Source: a virus (taxonomy: Duplodnaviria; Caudoviricetes). From it: a DNA stretch of 55,397 nt. Each line of letters begins with the position of its first letter. Position 1 is the first letter of the stretch. Below the pieces are notes generated by a model. The model ran no database searches, was not told the origin of the DNA, and saw only the letters and a program-made list of their open reading frames with translations. The translations under genes were made by a program, and so were the position numbers. Where the stretch lies: positions 1-55,397 of IMG/VR virus record IMGVR_UViG_3300033512_000165. The stretch is one strand, 5' to 3'. Below, one piece after another: positions 45,780 to 55,397 of this stretch.

Positions 45780-46553
45780 TTATATAAAATTAAATATTTC
45801 AGGATTATTTATTGGCATTTCCTTATATGATTTAAGTATAAGTTCAGTATTTAATATTCCTGTTTTAATAAATTGTTTATTACATTTTATATATATATAC
45901 TTTAACTTTTCTATTACATCTGTTATTTTCTTACTATCAACTTGATTTTCGTTTTTTATATATTTGTATACTTCTCTTTTATTTATATTTTGTAATTTAT
46001 TATTAAAAAACAAATCTATTATATTTATACATATATTTTTTTCACTATCTGATGGAAATATTATATCTGTATTTTCTTTAACTATTTTTACAAATTGAGA
46101 TACAAATCTAAATGTTTCTTGATTGGGTAATTCGTCTAAAGTATAACTATTATAATCACAAAAATCATCCGAATTAAAATAGTCCAAATCAATTTCATTT
46201 ATTTTTTTATTATATTGTTTTTTTGATTTTGTTATAATATAATTACGTATAACTATTGTAAAATAAGAAAATGCTTTTCCTTTGCTTTCATCAAATCTAT
46301 ATAATTTATCCATTACATCAACCATAATTTCATTTTGTAAGGACATAATTGATTCATTATATAATAAATTATATGCATGCATTGAATTTATACTATATTC
46401 ACTTAATCTAAGAAGAGCAGGATATATATATTTATCAAATACTAAATTTTTTTCAGTTATATTAGTAATTGTATTATATTTTAATATTGCCTGTTCAGTT
46501 GTTTCATCAAAGTAAATATTATTTTTAATTTTTTTAGTTTTCATCGTACTCAT
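45780..46553 (-). CDS. phage sigma factor (T4 gp55-like, late transcription)
   Basis: YFD, then RFDESKGKAFSYFTIVIRNY (region 2-like). Confidence 0.8.
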   Translation of the reverse strand: MSTMKTKKIKNNIYFDETTEQAILKYNTITNITEKNLVFDKYIYPALLRLSEYSINSMHAYNLLYNESIMSLQNEIMVDVMDKLYRFDESKGKAFSYFTIVIRNYIITKSKKQYNKKINEIDLDYFNSDDFCDYNSYTLDELPNQETFRFVSQFVKIVKENTDIIFPSDSEKNICINIIDLFFNNKLQNINKREVYKYIKNENQVDSKKITDVIEKLKYIYIKCNKQFIKTGILNTELILKSYKEMPINNPEIFNFI

Positions 46554-46977
46554 TTTTTATTTTTGTACCACAAAATGCACAAAAATTCCAATTATTTTTT
46601 ATCTCACTATTACAAATAACACATTCTTGAACTTCGTTTAACATTTCGATATATTCTCCTACTTTTTCAGTATAGAAATAAAAATCTTTATAATCTACAA
46701 TAGTTAAATTTTTATCAGTAAAAAAAAGTGATATTTTGTATTTTAAATTATTATTATCAAATACAACGGATATATTCAGTGTTTTATCATTTTGTATTTC
46801 ATAACTTAAAGGAATATTACTATCATCAAATAAAACATTACATGTTAAATGTTCGTTATCATTATGTAAATATGAAATATTTAATGATATAATTGAATCA
46901 TATTCCGTATAAATAATATAATCATTATATAATTCATCATTAACAAATAATTGAATTACTGGTTTATTCTGTTGCAT
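46534..46977 (-). CDS. hypothetical protein with C-terminal zinc ribbon
   Basis: CVIC...FCAFCG. Confidence 0.7.
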   Translation of the reverse strand: MQQNKPVIQLFVNDELYNDYIIYTEYDSIISLNISYLHNDNEHLTCNVLFDDSNIPLSYEIQNDKTLNISVVFDNNNLKYKISLFFTDKNLTIVDYKDFYFYTEKVGEYIEMLNEVQECVICNSEIKNNWNFCAFCGTKIKNEYDEN

Positions 46978-47251
46978 TTATTTTTGAGTTATATATTAAA
47001 TTTATTATGTTTTGTATATTTTGTATTTCCGTAAAAATAAAACCAACTTCGTCATCGGTTTTAAACGAACCTTTACTATCAACTTCCTCTAATTTAATAT
47101 CTGCAAATTTTATTATTTCATGTATATCTTTAACATGTTGTAATAACTCTTCTATTTCATTTTCACGTTTGATATAATTAATAGATAATGTTATTACAAC
47201 ATAAATTAATATTAAACTTAGTATTATTAGTATTATACTCAATGTATTCAT
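46964..47251 (-). CDS. membrane-anchored protein
   Basis: N-terminal TM; DSKGSFKTDDEVGFIF. Confidence 0.7.
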   Translation of the reverse strand: MNTLSIILIILSLILIYVVITLSINYIKRENEIEELLQHVKDIHEIIKFADIKLEEVDSKGSFKTDDEVGFIFTEIQNIQNIINLIYNSKINATE

Positions 47252-47898
47252 TTAAATAAATTTTTATTTTCTTGTTCTAATTCTATTCTATATGACATGT
47301 AATCTGCCTGATGTAAAATGATAGGTAAATTATTTTTAAATATTTGGTCTTGACTTATTGTTTTATAATACATTTCATTTCTAACATCAAATAATCCATC
47401 ATGAACCATAATACCAATAAATTCATTTTCTGATAATTCAACTCCATATTTTTGTAAAGTATATAAACTTCTTTCACTATGTCTCATATTTGAAATATCT
47501 GGATTATATGAATAAACTTCTCCTAATTTATTCTTTCTCCATTCATCAGTAGAAGGAATATAATATGGCTGATTAGCATTTCCACATTTACCTAAATCAT
47601 GTAATAACGCACAAAATAATAATTCATCTTTTGTATATCCATTCATATTTGAATCACATTCTTTCCATAAATCATATAATTTACTTGAAAAATTATATAC
47701 ATTTAATGAATGTAATAATAGTCCTCCTGGATATGCTCCATGATAATGTTTTTTAGGTGCGGCTGGTGTCATTGCAAATTCTTCTTCACCTATTTCTTTT
47801 ATAATAAGTTTTATTTTGTCAAAACGTGTACCACTATGTTTCTTTAATAATTCAATGTATTTTGAATAATTATTTAATATTTGTTCTGTTGTAATCAT
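47248..47898 (-). CDS. HD-domain phosphohydrolase
   Basis: HGAYPGGLLLH, LLHDLGK, HDG, LHQAD. Confidence 0.9.
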   Translation of the reverse strand: MITTEQILNNYSKYIELLKKHSGTRFDKIKLIIKEIGEEEFAMTPAAPKKHYHGAYPGGLLLHSLNVYNFSSKLYDLWKECDSNMNGYTKDELLFCALLHDLGKCGNANQPYYIPSTDEWRKNKLGEVYSYNPDISNMRHSERSLYTLQKYGVELSENEFIGIMVHDGLFDVRNEMYYKTISQDQIFKNNLPIILHQADYMSYRIELEQENKNLFK

Positions 47899-47918
47899 TG
47901 ATTTATATTTTTAATTTA

Positions 47919-48197
47919 TTAACTATTTATTTTTTCAAATTTTTGTTTATCTTCAAAAGACCAATTTTCGACATTTTCAATTGGATTGTTTGAGTTATGA
48001 TTCCAAATTCTTATTAATGCTTCAATTAAATTGTTTTCCACTGTATCGCCTACTTGTAATATAATATCGAAATTTTCATTATAAAATGTAACTATATCAC
48101 AACTATTATTATAATCAGCATATAATGTATGTTCTTCTACCTCTCCATAATATCCAGATTCACTTTTAAACGTTGTTTTATATCTTGTACGACTCAT
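47919..48197 (-). CDS. hypothetical protein
   Basis: 92-aa ORF. Confidence 0.6.
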   Translation of the reverse strand: MSRTRYKTTFKSESGYYGEVEEHTLYADYNNSCDIVTFYNENFDIILQVGDTVENNLIEALIRIWNHNSNNPIENVENWSFEDKQKFEKINS

Positions 48198-48217
48198 ATA
48201 TCCATTATTTTTTTTAA

Positions 48218-48724
48218 TTAAATACCAGTATGTCCGAACCCACCTTCCCCTCTATCTGTTTCTGAAATAGATTTTACAATATTAAAATCAAATTGTTCAA
48301 CTTTATTAAAAACCATTTGTGCTATTCTTGTAGAATTATAAATTTTTTGTGATACATTAGAAATATTAGTAATCATTATTTTTAATTCACCTCTATAATC
48401 TGAATCAATTGTAGCTGGTTGATTTGTTACTATTAATCCTTGTTTTAATGATAATCCACTTCTACTTCTAAATTGTGCTTCATATCCTTCAGGTAATTCA
48501 ATATATAATCCTGTAGGAAATAATACTCTATCACTTGGATTAATGAAAATATAATCTCCATTTTCATCTGTATCAACTATTTTTATATCTTCTTCATTAA
48601 AGAAATCAAAATATAAAATTTCACTTTGTTTATCGAAACTTGTTTTTAAATCCAATCCAGCTGAACCTTTTGTTTGATAAGCTGGGACATCATTTGATGA
48701 TTTATTAATTAATTTTATTTTCAT
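48218..48724 (-). CDS. dut: trimeric dUTPase
   Basis: AGLDL, RSGL, IDSDYRGE, RIAQ, RGEGGFGHTG. Confidence 0.97.
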   Translation of the reverse strand: MKIKLINKSSNDVPAYQTKGSAGLDLKTSFDKQSEILYFDFFNEEDIKIVDTDENGDYIFINPSDRVLFPTGLYIELPEGYEAQFRSRSGLSLKQGLIVTNQPATIDSDYRGELKIMITNISNVSQKIYNSTRIAQMVFNKVEQFDFNIVKSISETDRGEGGFGHTGI

Positions 48725-48735
48725 ATATATTTTTT

Positions 48736-48921
48736 TTAAAAGTTACAAGTTATTTGCATATTAATAGGAGAACATGTACATGAAGTTGTATATGGACTTA
48801 AAACAGCCCCACATTTAGGACATATCCACCCATAGTTATAAAATATTTGATTGTTATTTTTTATCTTTTCTTTGCAATTTTCACAAAGAGTAAATATTAT
48901 TTTTTCGTTTATATCGTACAT
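48736..48921 (-). CDS. small zinc-binding protein
   Basis: GWICPKCG..SP....C. Confidence 0.6.
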   Translation of the reverse strand: MYDINEKIIFTLCENCKEKIKNNNQIFYNYGWICPKCGAVLSPYTTSCTCSPINMQITCNF

Positions 48922-48956
48922 GATGCTTAAATGTTATTTATTATAAATAAAATAAA

Positions 48957-50000
48957 TTAAAATATAAAAACTTGTTCAACCCAACTAATTGGGTCTTTTA
49001 AATATGAAATTGTTCCATCTTGCATTGCTAATTGTAATACTTTGAACTTGTTTGTTATATTTTTCGGAGTTTGTAATACATTAATAATATTGTTTTTAAT
49101 TACAGTACTAATATTATTTAATGTATTATTTCTTAAATCAACTAATTTATAAAATATTTTAATGTCTTCTTCATGTAATAATAGATTTTGAATATTTTTA
49201 GATTTACTTTTATAATACCTTTCATCACCTTTGACTATTTCAAAAAATGTTTCAATATTAAATATAATATCAGAATTAACTATAAATGGAAACAATTTTA
49301 AAAATGTAGGAATTCCTATTCCTTTCACACCATCAATATTATCACCTGTATCACCTATTATTGATTTCATTACTGTGTAATTTTCAGGAATAATTTTATA
49401 TTTTTCTGTAAAAGTTGATTTATCTATTATTATTTTTTGGTGTGGTTCGTAAACACTAACTTCAATATCATCATTTTTTACAATATTTTGAAGGAAGTCC
49501 TTATCATTGGACATTATAAATATTTTTTCTACATTGGTTAAATAATTTTTATAATTTGATACAATATGTCCAATTATATCATCTGCCTCAACATTATTAG
49601 ATATTATTACTTTTACAGGTAAACTTGTTAAATATTCAAATAATCGAGTCATTTGAAATTTAATGGCATTATTTTCTTTATGTACTGTTTGAAATCCAAA
49701 TCGTGGAGTATCTGTTTTTCTATTTGCTTTATATTCTTTATATAATTCTTTTCTATCAAATGTAGTATTTTTACCATCAAATACTATAATAATATCATTT
49801 ATAGGTTTTAATGCTTTTATACATGAACCAATACTTAATAAAAATCCTGAAATACCTCCAATATGTATTCCATTATCATTTACATAGTTTTGTGAACTCA
49901 TTGCTCTCATAAATGTATTATGTCCATCTATGATTAAAATTGTATCCTTTCTTGTGATACTATTATTTATGTTACTAAGAATACTATCATATTTTGACAT
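48957..50000 (-). CDS. 5'-3' exonuclease / RNase H (PolI 5'-nuclease, T4 Rnh-like)
   Basis: IIDGHN, VFDG, YKANR, EADD, SNDKDFLQ, GDTGDNIDGVKGIG. Confidence 0.93.
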   Translation of the reverse strand: MSKYDSILSNINNSITRKDTILIIDGHNTFMRAMSSQNYVNDNGIHIGGISGFLLSIGSCIKALKPINDIIIVFDGKNTTFDRKELYKEYKANRKTDTPRFGFQTVHKENNAIKFQMTRLFEYLTSLPVKVIISNNVEADDIIGHIVSNYKNYLTNVEKIFIMSNDKDFLQNIVKNDDIEVSVYEPHQKIIIDKSTFTEKYKIIPENYTVMKSIIGDTGDNIDGVKGIGIPTFLKLFPFIVNSDIIFNIETFFEIVKGDERYYKSKSKNIQNLLLHEEDIKIFYKLVDLRNNTLNNISTVIKNNIINVLQTPKNITNKFKVLQLAMQDGTISYLKDPISWVEQVFIF

Positions 50001-50003
50001 AAG

Positions 50004-50252
50004 TTAAGATATTTTGTTAGTTATAAATTCTTTTTCTATTTCTTCTCCGTATGTATCTTTTAGTTGTTGTAAATTATCCATATATGATTTAGTTAAATTA
50101 TTTATTTTATCATAAATAATGGATAATTCAGTTTTATATTCTTTGTATAATTTATCAAGTTTTAAATTTATTATTCCGTATTTATACAATTCTATATCTA
50201 TATCAGATTGTAATTGTTTAACTCTTTCAATTTCTTTGTGTTTATTTTCCAT
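50004..50252 (-). CDS. coiled-coil hypothetical protein
   Basis: 82-aa ORF. Confidence 0.6.
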   Translation of the reverse strand: MENKHKEIERVKQLQSDIDIELYKYGIINLKLDKLYKEYKTELSIIYDKINNLTKSYMDNLQQLKDTYGEEIEKEFITNKIS

Positions 50253-50337
50253 TTTTTTTATTTTATTTTGTATTATAATTAAAATAAATAAAATATTTTA
50301 ATTTTATATTTATATAAAAACAATAAATAAAAAAAAT

Positions 50338-51090
50338 ATGAGATTTTATTATTATGACAAAAAAACACTCGAATTTAAAAAAGTTAAAACAGGATTTATT
50401 TATATCTTGTTTTTGATTACATTTTTTGCTTGGACTTTATTATCATACAGTTTATATAATCCTAACATAAACATTAATTACAAAACAGACAAAAAAGTAA
50501 AAAACATTAATAATGAATTTATTAATAATATTAACGATACTTTATTTGAACGAAGTATTAAATATATTAAAAATAATAAATGGAATTATACAGATAGAAA
50601 AAAACTAAATAAAATTCTTTATCCTTATTATTATCATACCATAAATACACATATTAAAAATAACAATATAGATTATTTATTATCTGTAACAGAACTAACA
50701 GGAATTATTCTCACAATATCTCAAACAGAAACCGGTTCAAGTAAAGGAGAACCTTATACGAGTATCTTATTTAAAAAAGGAAATAATATTTCTGGTATAA
50801 AAGGTAAAGGTATAAATAATATACAAACATTTGAATATATTGATAATGAAAAAGTAGTAATATTTGATAACTTTATGGTATTCTCTACAACAAAAGAATG
50901 TATAATTTATATATTAAATATGTGGCAAAATAATAGATATGTATCATTACACTCTTGTATAAATTATAACGACTTTTTTATGCAATTAGGTAAATGTGGA
51001 TATTATACATATTCAGATGAAAATAATAAAACATTGGATATTTGGAATACTATATATGAAAAATATTATATACCGATAATAAATAAATAA
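50338..51090 (+). CDS. GH73-like glucosaminidase/muramidase with N-terminal TM
   Basis: QTETG, NNISGIKG, F..F.T..E, GYYT. Confidence 0.7.
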   Translation: MRFYYYDKKTLEFKKVKTGFIYILFLITFFAWTLLSYSLYNPNININYKTDKKVKNINNEFINNINDTLFERSIKYIKNNKWNYTDRKKLNKILYPYYYHTINTHIKNNNIDYLLSVTELTGIILTISQTETGSSKGEPYTSILFKKGNNISGIKGKGINNIQTFEYIDNEKVVIFDNFMVFSTTKECIIYILNMWQNNRYVSLHSCINYNDFFMQLGKCGYYTYSDENNKTLDIWNTIYEKYYIPIINK

Positions 51091-51094
51091 CTTA

Positions 51095-51108
51095 GTATTT
51101 ATATAAAA
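51095..51108 (+). promoter_or_regulatory. putative late promoter
   Basis: GTATTTATATAAAA. Confidence 0.65.
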
Positions 51109-51110
51109 AA

Positions 51111-51488
51111 ATGAATAGTAATACATATTATGAAAATGGAATAGGATTAAAATTACCTCTAACAACAAGCGGAACAAATTTCTTTGAACTTAATTATTTA
51201 ACAATTGATTTTGTTAAAGATAATTTACGTAATCTATTACTTACAAGAAAAGGTGAAAGAATTATGAATCCTACTTTTGGTTGTGGATTACTTAATATGT
51301 TATTTGAAACAAATGATAGTATATTAAATGATAATATAAAAGAGGAAATAAATAATAGTATAGAAGAGTTTATGCCTTATGTTACAATAACCGAATTTGA
51401 TATTGAAACAAGTGAAAATAGTTTAAAAATAATAATGAACTTTAGTATTAATGATAATATTAACGATGTATTAACATTGGAGTTTTAA
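51111..51488 (+). CDS. baseplate wedge / sheath initiator (gp25-like)
   Basis: NLLLTRKGERIMNPTFGCGL..LFE. Confidence 0.93.
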   Translation: MNSNTYYENGIGLKLPLTTSGTNFFELNYLTIDFVKDNLRNLLLTRKGERIMNPTFGCGLLNMLFETNDSILNDNIKEEINNSIEEFMPYVTITEFDIETSENSLKIIMNFSINDNINDVLTLEF

Positions 51489-51587
51489 ATATTACGCTAA
51501 TAACCACGTTTATTTCAATTATTTTTATTTCCTAAGTAAATATACTAACTTAGAATAAAAATCGTTTAGAATTAAAATAAACAACAA

Positions 51588-51614
51588 AAAACCTACTTAA
51601 TTAAAGTAGGTTTT
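51588..51614. terminator. bidirectional intrinsic terminator
   Basis: AAAACCTACTT...AAGTAGGTTTT. Confidence 0.85.
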
Positions 51615-51686
51615 ATTTTTATTTGGCATAAATCAAATTAATATGATTTTTATGGAGTAATTTAAATCCAAATTGTATATAAAAAA

Positions 51687-52535
51687 TTAAATCATATCAA
51701 AAATATCGGTACAAAAAACAGAAGTTTTCATTATGTTTTTTATTTGTTTGGCTTGTGTAATATCACTTTCGACAAACCAATTACATTTCATTTCTAATGC
51801 TTTTTGTGCTTTAGCTATTCCATTACCTCCCATTTTAGAGTAATGATTTCTTCTTTGTTCAGGTGTATCATATTTAGCCATTAATAAATGATTATATTTT
51901 ACATTATTATTATTAAGCCATTCCACTGTTTCCTTTCTATATTTCTCTAATCTATTTGTTATCAAACAATGTATTTTTATAGTTGGGATATATAGTGGTT
52001 TAGCAGATAAAATAAAGTTTGACATTTTTTTATTATCATCCTCTAAAAAATCAGGATCATAACATAAAACACCATCTATATCAACTCCAGCAGTTGATAG
52101 ATGACCGTGATTCATTATATTCCATTGAAATACTCTTGGATGAGGTTGTATTTTATAAAAATATGTTAAATTTAAGTTTGTATTATTGGATGAATATATA
52201 ACACATGTATCATATATTATATTTCGTTCTATCATTATATATTTTACTAATTCCAAATTTTTATTTAATTCCTGACCACTGGATAATGAATCATCTATAA
52301 TTAGAACTTTTTTTATATTATTTTTATTATTCATTCTAAACCCATTTATAAACTCATTATTAATAAATTCTGTTATAGTACATAAAGGTTTATTTAATTG
52401 GAATGATATAATAGATGCTGGTATCATACCACTTCGGGGAATACCAATAATTAAATCATAGTCTCTATTAATTTGTTTAGAAAATTTTATACTATCTTCT
52501 ATTAATTGTTTATAGCTTATATAATTTAAAATCAT
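51687..52535 (-). CDS. phosphoribosyltransferase-like domain fused to HAD-like phosphatase
   Basis: GIPRSG, LIIDDSLSSG (PRPP loop), VDIDGVLC. Confidence 0.8.
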   Translation of the reverse strand: MILNYISYKQLIEDSIKFSKQINRDYDLIIGIPRSGMIPASIISFQLNKPLCTITEFINNEFINGFRMNNKNNIKKVLIIDDSLSSGQELNKNLELVKYIMIERNIIYDTCVIYSSNNTNLNLTYFYKIQPHPRVFQWNIMNHGHLSTAGVDIDGVLCYDPDFLEDDNKKMSNFILSAKPLYIPTIKIHCLITNRLEKYRKETVEWLNNNNVKYNHLLMAKYDTPEQRRNHYSKMGGNGIAKAQKALEMKCNWFVESDITQAKQIKNIMKTSVFCTDIFDMI

Positions 52536-52543
52536 ATTTATAT

Positions 52544-53083
52544 TTATTTCTGTGATTTAATTCCTAAATTTATCCATCCGTGATTTATTCCTCTTGGGCT
52601 AATTAATTGTTCGATATTTTTAAAGTGTGATTCCATTAAACATTTAATTAAATAACGTTTATCGAATGCGGCACGATGAAAATTTTCATCTCCAGGACCA
52701 TATGTAAATAATCTTCCATTAAACCATCGTGTCGGGTCTTTATCCGGATTTAATTTATACCAACCATCATTTTTAATTAAAGAATTATTTATATATGCAT
52801 TTACCAATTTTTCTAAATCAGGAACCCATATTTCTAATATACCATTAGGTTTTAATATTCTATATAATTCATCTAAAACTAATTTGGTTTGAGTCCAAGG
52901 TATATGTTCTAAAACATGACTCATATAAATTATTTCGTATGTATTTGATTCTATTGGGTATGGGAATACTCTTAAATCATGATTTATATCAACTTCATTC
53001 CCAGAAACTATATCCATTCTATCCCAATCACTACCCAAATTAGAATGTACTTTTTCTGAACCTATTTCCAAATATTTTTTCAT
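52544..53083 (-). CDS. class I SAM-dependent methyltransferase
   Basis: LEIGS, HDL, SHVLEH, RILKPNG...VPD. Confidence 0.88.
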   Translation of the reverse strand: MKKYLEIGSEKVHSNLGSDWDRMDIVSGNEVDINHDLRVFPYPIESNTYEIIYMSHVLEHIPWTQTKLVLDELYRILKPNGILEIWVPDLEKLVNAYINNSLIKNDGWYKLNPDKDPTRWFNGRLFTYGPGDENFHRAAFDKRYLIKCLMESHFKNIEQLISPRGINHGWINLGIKSQK

Positions 53084-53084
53084 A

Positions 53085-53900
53085 TTATTTATTTTTCCAA
53101 AAGTTATCTGCTATTTTAGTACGTTCCTTTAATTCTTCAAATGTTAATATTGTTCTTGATAAATGATTTCTATTCATATCTACTTTCCATTCTGCATATT
53201 TCTTATCTGTACCGAAAGGATGAATTATTGCAATACTATCAGACATTTGGTATGTATATCCTTTTAAATTAATATCTATTAAATAATATGCATCATTACC
53301 ACCGTAAACATTTAATATTCTATAACCTCCTATTCTATTCCATGCTTCCAAAGAAGTAAATAAACTTCCGCCTGCAATTCCTCCTGGTTTAGTAGGATAT
53401 ACCATTTCTTCTTTATTATTATACTTATTAATATATTCAAATTTATTTGCATATATTAAATGTTTTAGATGACAATTTTGTTGAAGTTGATTAAGAGCAA
53501 CTACCCCAAATGGTTTATTAAAATGCTTTTCTGATTGTTTTGGTATTTCGTGTAATCTATCAAATAAATATTCTGTTTCTATAGGAAATAAAATATCACT
53601 ATCAGCAGTTAAAAAATACGATGGGTTATATTTATTTAGATAATTACTTATTAAATAATTGATAACATATGCTTTTCCATAATTTTTATCAAATCTAAAT
53701 ATTATATTATTTTTAAATGATTTTTTTACTAATGATTCTATTTCATTCCAATAAATATCATTAATTGCCCATCCACCAATTATTATACTAACATCATAAT
53801 TGTAATGATTTATATATGTTGAAAACGAAGTTATTGAATTTATATTTTCTTCTAATTTTGCTTTATTAGGAGCAAATATTGGCGTTACATAATAGTACAT
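53085..53900 (-). CDS. GT-A (family 2-like) glycosyltransferase
   Basis: NYGKA, DSD motif, IGGY....YGGND. Confidence 0.75.
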   Translation of the reverse strand: MYYYVTPIFAPNKAKLEENINSITSFSTYINHYNYDVSIIIGGWAINDIYWNEIESLVKKSFKNNIIFRFDKNYGKAYVINYLISNYLNKYNPSYFLTADSDILFPIETEYLFDRLHEIPKQSEKHFNKPFGVVALNQLQQNCHLKHLIYANKFEYINKYNNKEEMVYPTKPGGIAGGSLFTSLEAWNRIGGYRILNVYGGNDAYYLIDINLKGYTYQMSDSIAIIHPFGTDKKYAEWKVDMNRNHLSRTILTFEELKERTKIADNFWKNK

Positions 53901-54697
53901 AATTTTTCTTTGTTATAGTTTTCATTTATATAATTAGGTAAAATATTTTTTATATTGTGAAACATTTTAATATCAATTTGTCTTATATTAAATCTATTTT
54001 CTAATATTTGTTTTTTTATAAAAGGATATTTATTATTTAATAATTCTTTCCAATAATATAAGTATATGTTTAATCTGTTTAGTGGTATATTTTTTTTGTA
54101 TAATGTATAAAAATCTTTTACTGAAAAAATGGATTTTATATTTAATTTATTTTCTAAAAAATATTGACTTAATCCTATCTCATAATTATTTACAATTATT
54201 TGTTTTATATTATCAATATTATTATTTATTAAATGTTCTATATTTGAATTTAAAAAGAATGATTTAATACCTTGTATTCCTTTGTTTTTAAAACACATAA
54301 AATGAGATTGAATATGATATGATTTATTTTCATCGATTCCAATAGGATTTTCAAACGAATCTGTTAATCCAATAAAATCAGATGTTAAATTAGTATTGAT
54401 AAAGTTAAATATATCTCCTAATTCATTTATTAATATATTACTATCATTTATCAATATCAATTTTAATTTATTATACAAATTATATTTATTAATAGCTTTA
54501 TACCATTTACCAAAATCATATCCTACATTTTCAGTATAATAATATTCAATTTTATCATTATCTAATGTTTTTATTAAATTCTCATTATCATAATTAAAAA
54601 TTATTTTATTACAATATTTTAATAGTTCATTTATATATATTTCTATATAATAAGGAATGTCATTTGATGTACTATGATGAATAAAAACACATGTCAT
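53885..54697 (-). CDS. rhamnan synthesis F (RgpF)-like protein
   Basis: ENVGYDFGKW, LINDS, HIQSHF, YEIGLSQ, PFIK. Confidence 0.8.
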   Translation of the reverse strand: MTCVFIHHSTSNDIPYYIEIYINELLKYCNKIIFNYDNENLIKTLDNDKIEYYYTENVGYDFGKWYKAINKYNLYNKLKLILINDSNILINELGDIFNFINTNLTSDFIGLTDSFENPIGIDENKSYHIQSHFMCFKNKGIQGIKSFFLNSNIEHLINNNIDNIKQIIVNNYEIGLSQYFLENKLNIKSIFSVKDFYTLYKKNIPLNRLNIYLYYWKELLNNKYPFIKKQILENRFNIRQIDIKMFHNIKNILPNYINENYNKEKLCTIM

Positions 54698-55397
54698 ATA
54701 CCTAATATTTGTTTATTATATTTATTAGGAATTATACCTAATATACGTTCCATTGCATGAGTATAACTACCATTTATATTATCTCTAATATATCCCTTCT
54801 CTAAAATATCGTATATTTCTTTATTTTCTTTAAAAAAAGTAATATATGAATTAGCATCACACCAAAACATTGTTCCTCCAATAAAACTAATATCATATTC
54901 AGTTTTACCTTTAAAATATTTTCTTAGTAAAATTTGTAATTGATTTTTGTTTGCATTATTAAATGTTTGTCTTGGATGATTTTTTCCATTAAATAACCAT
55001 TTATTAGAACCTATTAGTCCTATTGTTGGATTTGTTTTAAATTTATGTATAATACTATCAACTATTTCTTTTGTACCTAAAATAGGAAGTAATAAATCAT
55101 TTCTCCATAGTGTTCCACCATTTTCAATATTTGTTCTTGATTCAATACTTTTTTTTGTGTGTATTTTTAAAAACAAATCATATGTTTTATTATTTTCTAT
55201 AATATTATTAATTATTGATATTGTTCCACCTATATCCATTCCTTTATTATGTGATATAAGAACAACTGCGTTAGGATATTCATTTAATATTTGTTCCCTA
55301 AATATACTTAATTCAATATAGTTATTATTTTGTAAAGTTAAATTGATGTATAAATCGTATGGATGTGTTATATTATTTAAATAGTTTTTAAATTCAT
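54694..55397 (-). CDS. RgpF-like protein, 5' end beyond window
   Basis: NKGMDIG, KIHTKKS, WR..L, GGTMFW, HAMER; frame remains open upstream of 55239. Confidence 0.8.
   Translation of the reverse strand, partial: EFKNYLNNITHPYDLYINLTLQNNNYIELSIFREQILNEYPNAVVLISHNKGMDIGGTISIINNIIENNKTYDLFLKIHTKKSIESRTNIENGGTLWRNDLLLPILGTKEIVDSIIHKFKTNPTIGLIGSNKWLFNGKNHPRQTFNNANKNQLQILLRKYFKGKTEYDISFIGGTMFWCDANSYITFFKENKEIYDILEKGYIRDNINGSYTHAMERILGIIPNKYNKQILGI

Noticed and set aside
17100-50290. Middle-promoter motif TTATTTTAATTTAAA upstream of - strand replication genes
   Set aside because: Similar strings occur near 17105, 19240, 39035 and 50275 but cannot be told from the AT-rich background without statistics
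543-54267. Antisense or overlapping short ORFs (e.g. 543-734, 5102-5407, 12044-12238, 14844-15116, 18679-18903, 34940-35302, 44173-44466, 44590-44985, 52019-52201, 54082-54267)
   Set aside because: They overlap well-supported genes or att sites and have no motifs or expression signals

Overview
Very AT-rich segment of a large T4-like (myovirus) jumbo phage genome, almost certainly infecting Bacteroidota, since seven near-identical promoters carry the TTTG/TAnnTTTG signature. Core genes: class II ribonucleotide reductase with two inteins, sliding clamp, clamp loader, 5'-3' exonuclease, dUTPase, gp55-like sigma factor, GroEL/GroES/Hsp20, baseplate gp6/gp5/gp25-like proteins, two cell-wall hydrolases, two DNA methyltransferases, a glycosylation cluster and a tRNA cluster. 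Four unusual systems stand out. (1) Five small structured RNAs (closing stem, ACWGCA, a lone anticodon-like hairpin, 3' G) linked to a Ro60/TROVE-like DUF2828-vWA gene. (2) An integron-like array (truncated tyrosine recombinase, attI-like site, four attC-like sites) whose cassette ORFs are inverted, one ORF starting inside an attC loop. (3) About a dozen scattered, mostly late-promoter genes with a shared N-terminal leader usually ending in (I/L)xE, fused to unrelated cargo such as an Acb1-like 2H phosphoesterase and a metallopeptidase, suggesting capsid-packaged effectors. (4) An initiator tRNA gene split by an intron-less PD-(D/E)xK endonuclease. All protein calls come from motif recognition by eye; no database searches were run.
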